39,223 nucleotides of DNA, from assembly GCA_032718475.1 (NCBI GenBank), contig JAUCBJ010009054.1, positions 1 to 39,223 on the forward strand, written 5' to 3'. Below are positions 36,011 to 39,223 of the stretch, in pieces. Position 1 is the first letter of the stretch. Each line of letters begins with the position of its first letter. Source of the DNA: Nemertoderma westbladi. Lineage: Eukaryota > Animalia > Xenacoelomorpha. The notes beneath the pieces are model-generated. The model saw nothing but the letters and a program-made list of their open reading frames with translations. It was not told the DNA's origin and ran no database searches. The translations under genes and the position numbers were made by a program.

Positions 36011-36314
36011 GTACAGTGGTAGGCCTACTGTTTGTAGAATGACATTATTTTTTAAAATAAATCATGTGAAAATCAATCAACGGTCTTTCAGAGATAGCCA
36101 TTCCTGCAGTCCTGCATTTCTAGTCAGCCAGTCAGCTAGTACAGTGTACAGTACCGGTAGTATTACAGTATTAGTACCGGTACTGTAGTATTTACAGATT
36201 TCTGGATTTAACTACCAATAACTTTAACTAACAAACAGCCAAATCAGAAATACTGAAATAATAATACAGTAATACTGTAATACATACCGGTACCGAAGTA
36301 CCGGTACTACTGCA

Positions 36315-36410
36315 GGGGTGCATACAAGGAGCGGATAGTGGACTGAGTTCAGTCAATCAAAGCAATGAAATCCTGGCGGTAAATTTGAATTATCCCTTTC
36401 TAATCGTGTA
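36315..36410 (+). mobile_element. Diverged TIR fragment of the same family as the element at 36439
   Basis: GGGGTGCATACAAGGAGCGGA...GCGGTAAATTTGAATTATC aligns with GGGTGCATGTAAAGAGCGGA...GCGGTCAATTTAAATTATC. Confidence 0.6.
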
Positions 36411-36438
36411 TTCCGCTAATTGTAGCAACCTACAGACC

Positions 36439-37414
36439 GGGTGCATGTAAAGAGCGGACTGCGGACTGTGGACTGCGGATTGCCAAAATCCACGCGGTCA
36501 ATTTAAATTATCGACTTCCAAACTAAGAATCCGTTCTTTATTGTCTGCACAAATGGCGGACAGAAGCCGGTAAATTGTAACCTGATTGGCTCAATCATTT
36601 ACATAGGCTGAAAGGGAACTTAAAGAATGAATCATCCCATTGCAGCATTGGCTTTTAAATGTTTACCATTCAACACTGTAATACAGGAAATAATTATCCT
36701 ATACAGTAATTAATTACGTGGACTGTTGATTAAGGGGCTACTACCTGACTACTAGTGACGAACCTATACCTACTGAGGACTAGTGGCGAACCTATACCTC
36801 TACTGTAAATACAGTAGTAGGCTAATCAGGTAATATTTTCCTAAACTTTCACATCAAGGCACTCTCATCTTACGTAAGCCCGGATGTATTAGGCCTATAG
36901 TAAGTTTAGTTTTGGACGTTTAACAATAGGCCTACTACAAGTGCAATACGGCCGCCATCGATTATGTTACTTATTATAGGCTACTTAGTTTTAGTTTGAA
37001 TTAATCGAAAACTTCAACCAGCTGACCAGTTGCCAGTAGCCGGTAGGCCAACAGTACATGCCTGCTGACACGGCAGCTTAATTGATACCGCACCGGTAGT
37101 CCTACTTAATTACTTGCAGTATAATTATACTGTAGCAATGTCAGAATGTTGGAATATTGTTTGTGTTTCCATCTCTATGTGTCACAATGAAAACATTTAA
37201 GCCAATAAGAGGATTCAGGAAAGTTCCCTTTGGGCCTATGTAAATGATTGAGCCAATCAGGTTACAATTTTCTGGCTTCAGTCCGCCGTTTGTCCAGACA
37301 ACAAAGAGCGGATTCTTACATTATAATGCTATAATTCAAATTGACCGCGCATATTTGGGCTTTTAAATGACAATCCGCAGTCCGTAGTCCGCAGTCCGCT
37401 CTTTACATGCACCC
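36439..37414. mobile_element. Mutator-like (MULE) non-autonomous element, 976 bp
   Basis: Long (~170-180 bp) imperfect TIRs GGGTGCATGTAAAGAGCGGACTGCGGAC...CCTGATTGGCTCAATCATTTACATAGGC; exact 10-bp TSD CCTACAGACC (36429-36438, 37415-37424). Long G-starting TIRs with 9-11 bp TSDs are typical of MULEs. Confidence 0.85.
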
Positions 37415-37491
37415 CCTACAGACCTACAAAACGTTGGACAGGGGGGCATAACTGTTTGTTTGATGGCTGTTATGTAGTAATCCAAATCCAT

Positions 37492-37596
37492 GGTATACAG
37501 ACGTTTCGGCCTAGGACGTTTCGGTCCAGGACGTTTCGGCCCGGACATTTCGGCCCGGACGATTCGGCCCGGACGTTTCGGCCCATGACTGTAACC
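37492..37596. repeat. Miniature element made of ~6 tandem 14-15 bp units with short inverted ends
   Basis: (GGACGTTTCGGCCC)n bounded by GGTATACAG ... CTGTAACC. Confidence 0.7.
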
Positions 37597-37742
37597 GAAT
37601 GAAAAGGCCAACTTGTTTGATATGATAATAATTATTCATTAAAATTATAATTATTTCACAATAACATACAAACACTTAATTAAATATCTTTCATGAAATG
37701 GCTATTTAATTTATTTCAAAATAAAATAAACATTATGCATGT

Positions 37743-38015
37743 TGTTCGCGCTTTTGAAGACTGTGGAAATAGCTCGCCCTCTAGCGGCTAGATTCCCTCT
37801 TCCCTATATATAAGAATTTCTATACCATTATACATCAGTCAGGAGTCAGTAGTACGGTAGGACAGTCAGCAGTGTACCGTAACTCACTGCTGTGCCCAAT
37901 ATTTTTCGTACCACATATCATTAACTGTCATATACTTCACACGTTTCAGTGTTTAGATATTATTATACATACTTCTGTTTTGTATTTTACTCTTTATCTG
38001 TTATTCTCTATAACA
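37743..38015 (+). mobile_element. Possible short solo LTR related to the element at 27943
   Basis: Starts with the same 13-mer TGTTCGCGCTTTT; TATATAAG (37807) lies 30 bp before the A of a TCAGT initiator (37837); shares CATCAGTCAG..GTCAG with 28623; candidate end TAACA at 38015. No TSD found. Confidence 0.45.
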
Positions 38016-38305
38016 TGCCGAGCGTGTGCAGACAGGCAGAGGTGCGTCAGCGATCAATATTACCATAACTCAGTCAATCACACGTTAACACCGTACTTCC
38101 GGACTGGATAGCGGGTGTGATCGTCACAGTACGAAAAATTAAAAAAAAAAAAACACCGACAGCCGGGCAGTCGGTAGTAGATAAGTACCGGTACCGGTAG
38201 CAGGTAGGCTGGCAGGTTGTTTCTCTAAAGTAAGTTACCGGTCAGCCGGTAGCAGGCTGTTTGCTATTATTATTAAGCCAGCTACCAGCATTGCCAGGTA
38301 TCAGG

Positions 38306-39125
38306 TAGGGTTCGACCGGAGCAATTTTTTTTGCCGGAGCCGGGTACCGGACCGGAGCAACCTAAATGTGCCGGAGCCGGGGCCGGAGCCGGACCGGAGA
38401 AACATTGTTTGTTATTTAGCCTTGAGTTTGCCGTAATTAATTTTGCAGATAGCTCAGGCAGTCAGGGGGGGGGGGGGGGGGGGGCTCTTTACTGCTTTAC
38501 ATAATCAATTAACGGACTGACGGATATCTATCTGTCTATCTAGTACGGTAGTAATAGCATAGATCTACAGACTGACAGACCTATACCTGTATAGGCCTAC
38601 TGATATAATATAATCTATATTATATATACGGTCATTCGGGTACTGCCTGACAGCTGGACAGCCTGGCCGATGTACTAGCTAACTGGCAGACTGGATTGGA
38701 ATGGAACTAATTCTGTTACTGCAGTACTGGCTGACTGGTAGCAATTAAAGTCAGGTCTTGTAGTCTTGGATAAGTGGAAGACTGTCAGACTCATAGGCCT
38801 ACAGCTGTACAGCGAAAGACAGTCAGACAACAGGACAATGCAACAGCAATAGGCAGATAGGCCTACAGTGTTTAGCCTACGGCCATACCGTAATACAGTC
38901 GGCACTCAGCAGTACAGTCTGCCAGTAGACGTTGATCAGTTCGCAGACGGACGTCCGGTGTCTGAGCTGTATGTTTGCCTTGCCTATCCATGTAGCTATG
39001 CATCGTGCAGCACAAATACTTTTTGCCGGAGCTCCTGCACCTAATTTGACCGGAGCCGGACCGGAGCCGGACATGCCAAGTCCGGCCGGAGCCGGAGCCG
39101 GAGCCGGAGCTCCGGTCGAACCCTA
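38306..39125. mobile_element. hAT-type MITE, 820 bp
   Basis: Perfect 17-bp TIR TAGGGTTCGACCGGAGC / GCTCCGGTCGAACCCTA, exact 8-bp TSD GTATCAGG (38298-38305, 39126-39133), subterminal (CCGGAG)n repeats at both ends. Confidence 0.92.
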
Positions 39126-39223
39126 GTATCAGGTAGGCCTATTATGTATTGCAGTATTGGATTACAGTACTGCCTGACTGCAGTATTATCGTAAAGGCTG
39201 AAAGGCAAAAGGCGTAGGCTATC

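Noticed and set aside
35101-39126. Short ORFs in the right-hand 4 kb as possible transposase fragments
   Set aside because: All are under 100 aa, low-complexity or derived from subterminal repeats, with no DDE, RT or integrase motifs.

Overview
Animal (eukaryotic) genomic DNA, not a prokaryotic locus. Positions 1827-24316 are one ~22.5 kb tandem array of a 39-bp monomer with kb-scale higher-order duplications and a 100-N gap; almost all ORF-track entries there are artefacts of a 13-codon repeat. To the right are two convergent genes. The first is a six-coding-exon radial spoke head protein 14 gene (RSPH14/RTDR1, + strand, 26007-31651, 341 aa, spliced by hand), with an RFX X-box and a forkhead motif about 1 kb upstream. 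The second is a full-length, intronless PrimPol (- strand, 32585-34186, 533 aa). The RSPH14 introns hold two tandem arrays that copy the exon end plus splice donor and share a motif, a probable solo LTR with a 5-bp TSD splitting one array, and an inverted pair of tRNA-like sequences flanked by a 14-bp direct repeat. The last 4 kb is a cluster of non-autonomous TIR elements with 8-, 10- and apparently 13-bp TSDs. I found no CRISPR or defence system; the most unusual signals are the donor-spanning repeats, the inverted tRNA-like element, the 13-bp-TSD element and the intronless PrimPol. All calls were made by eye without database searches.
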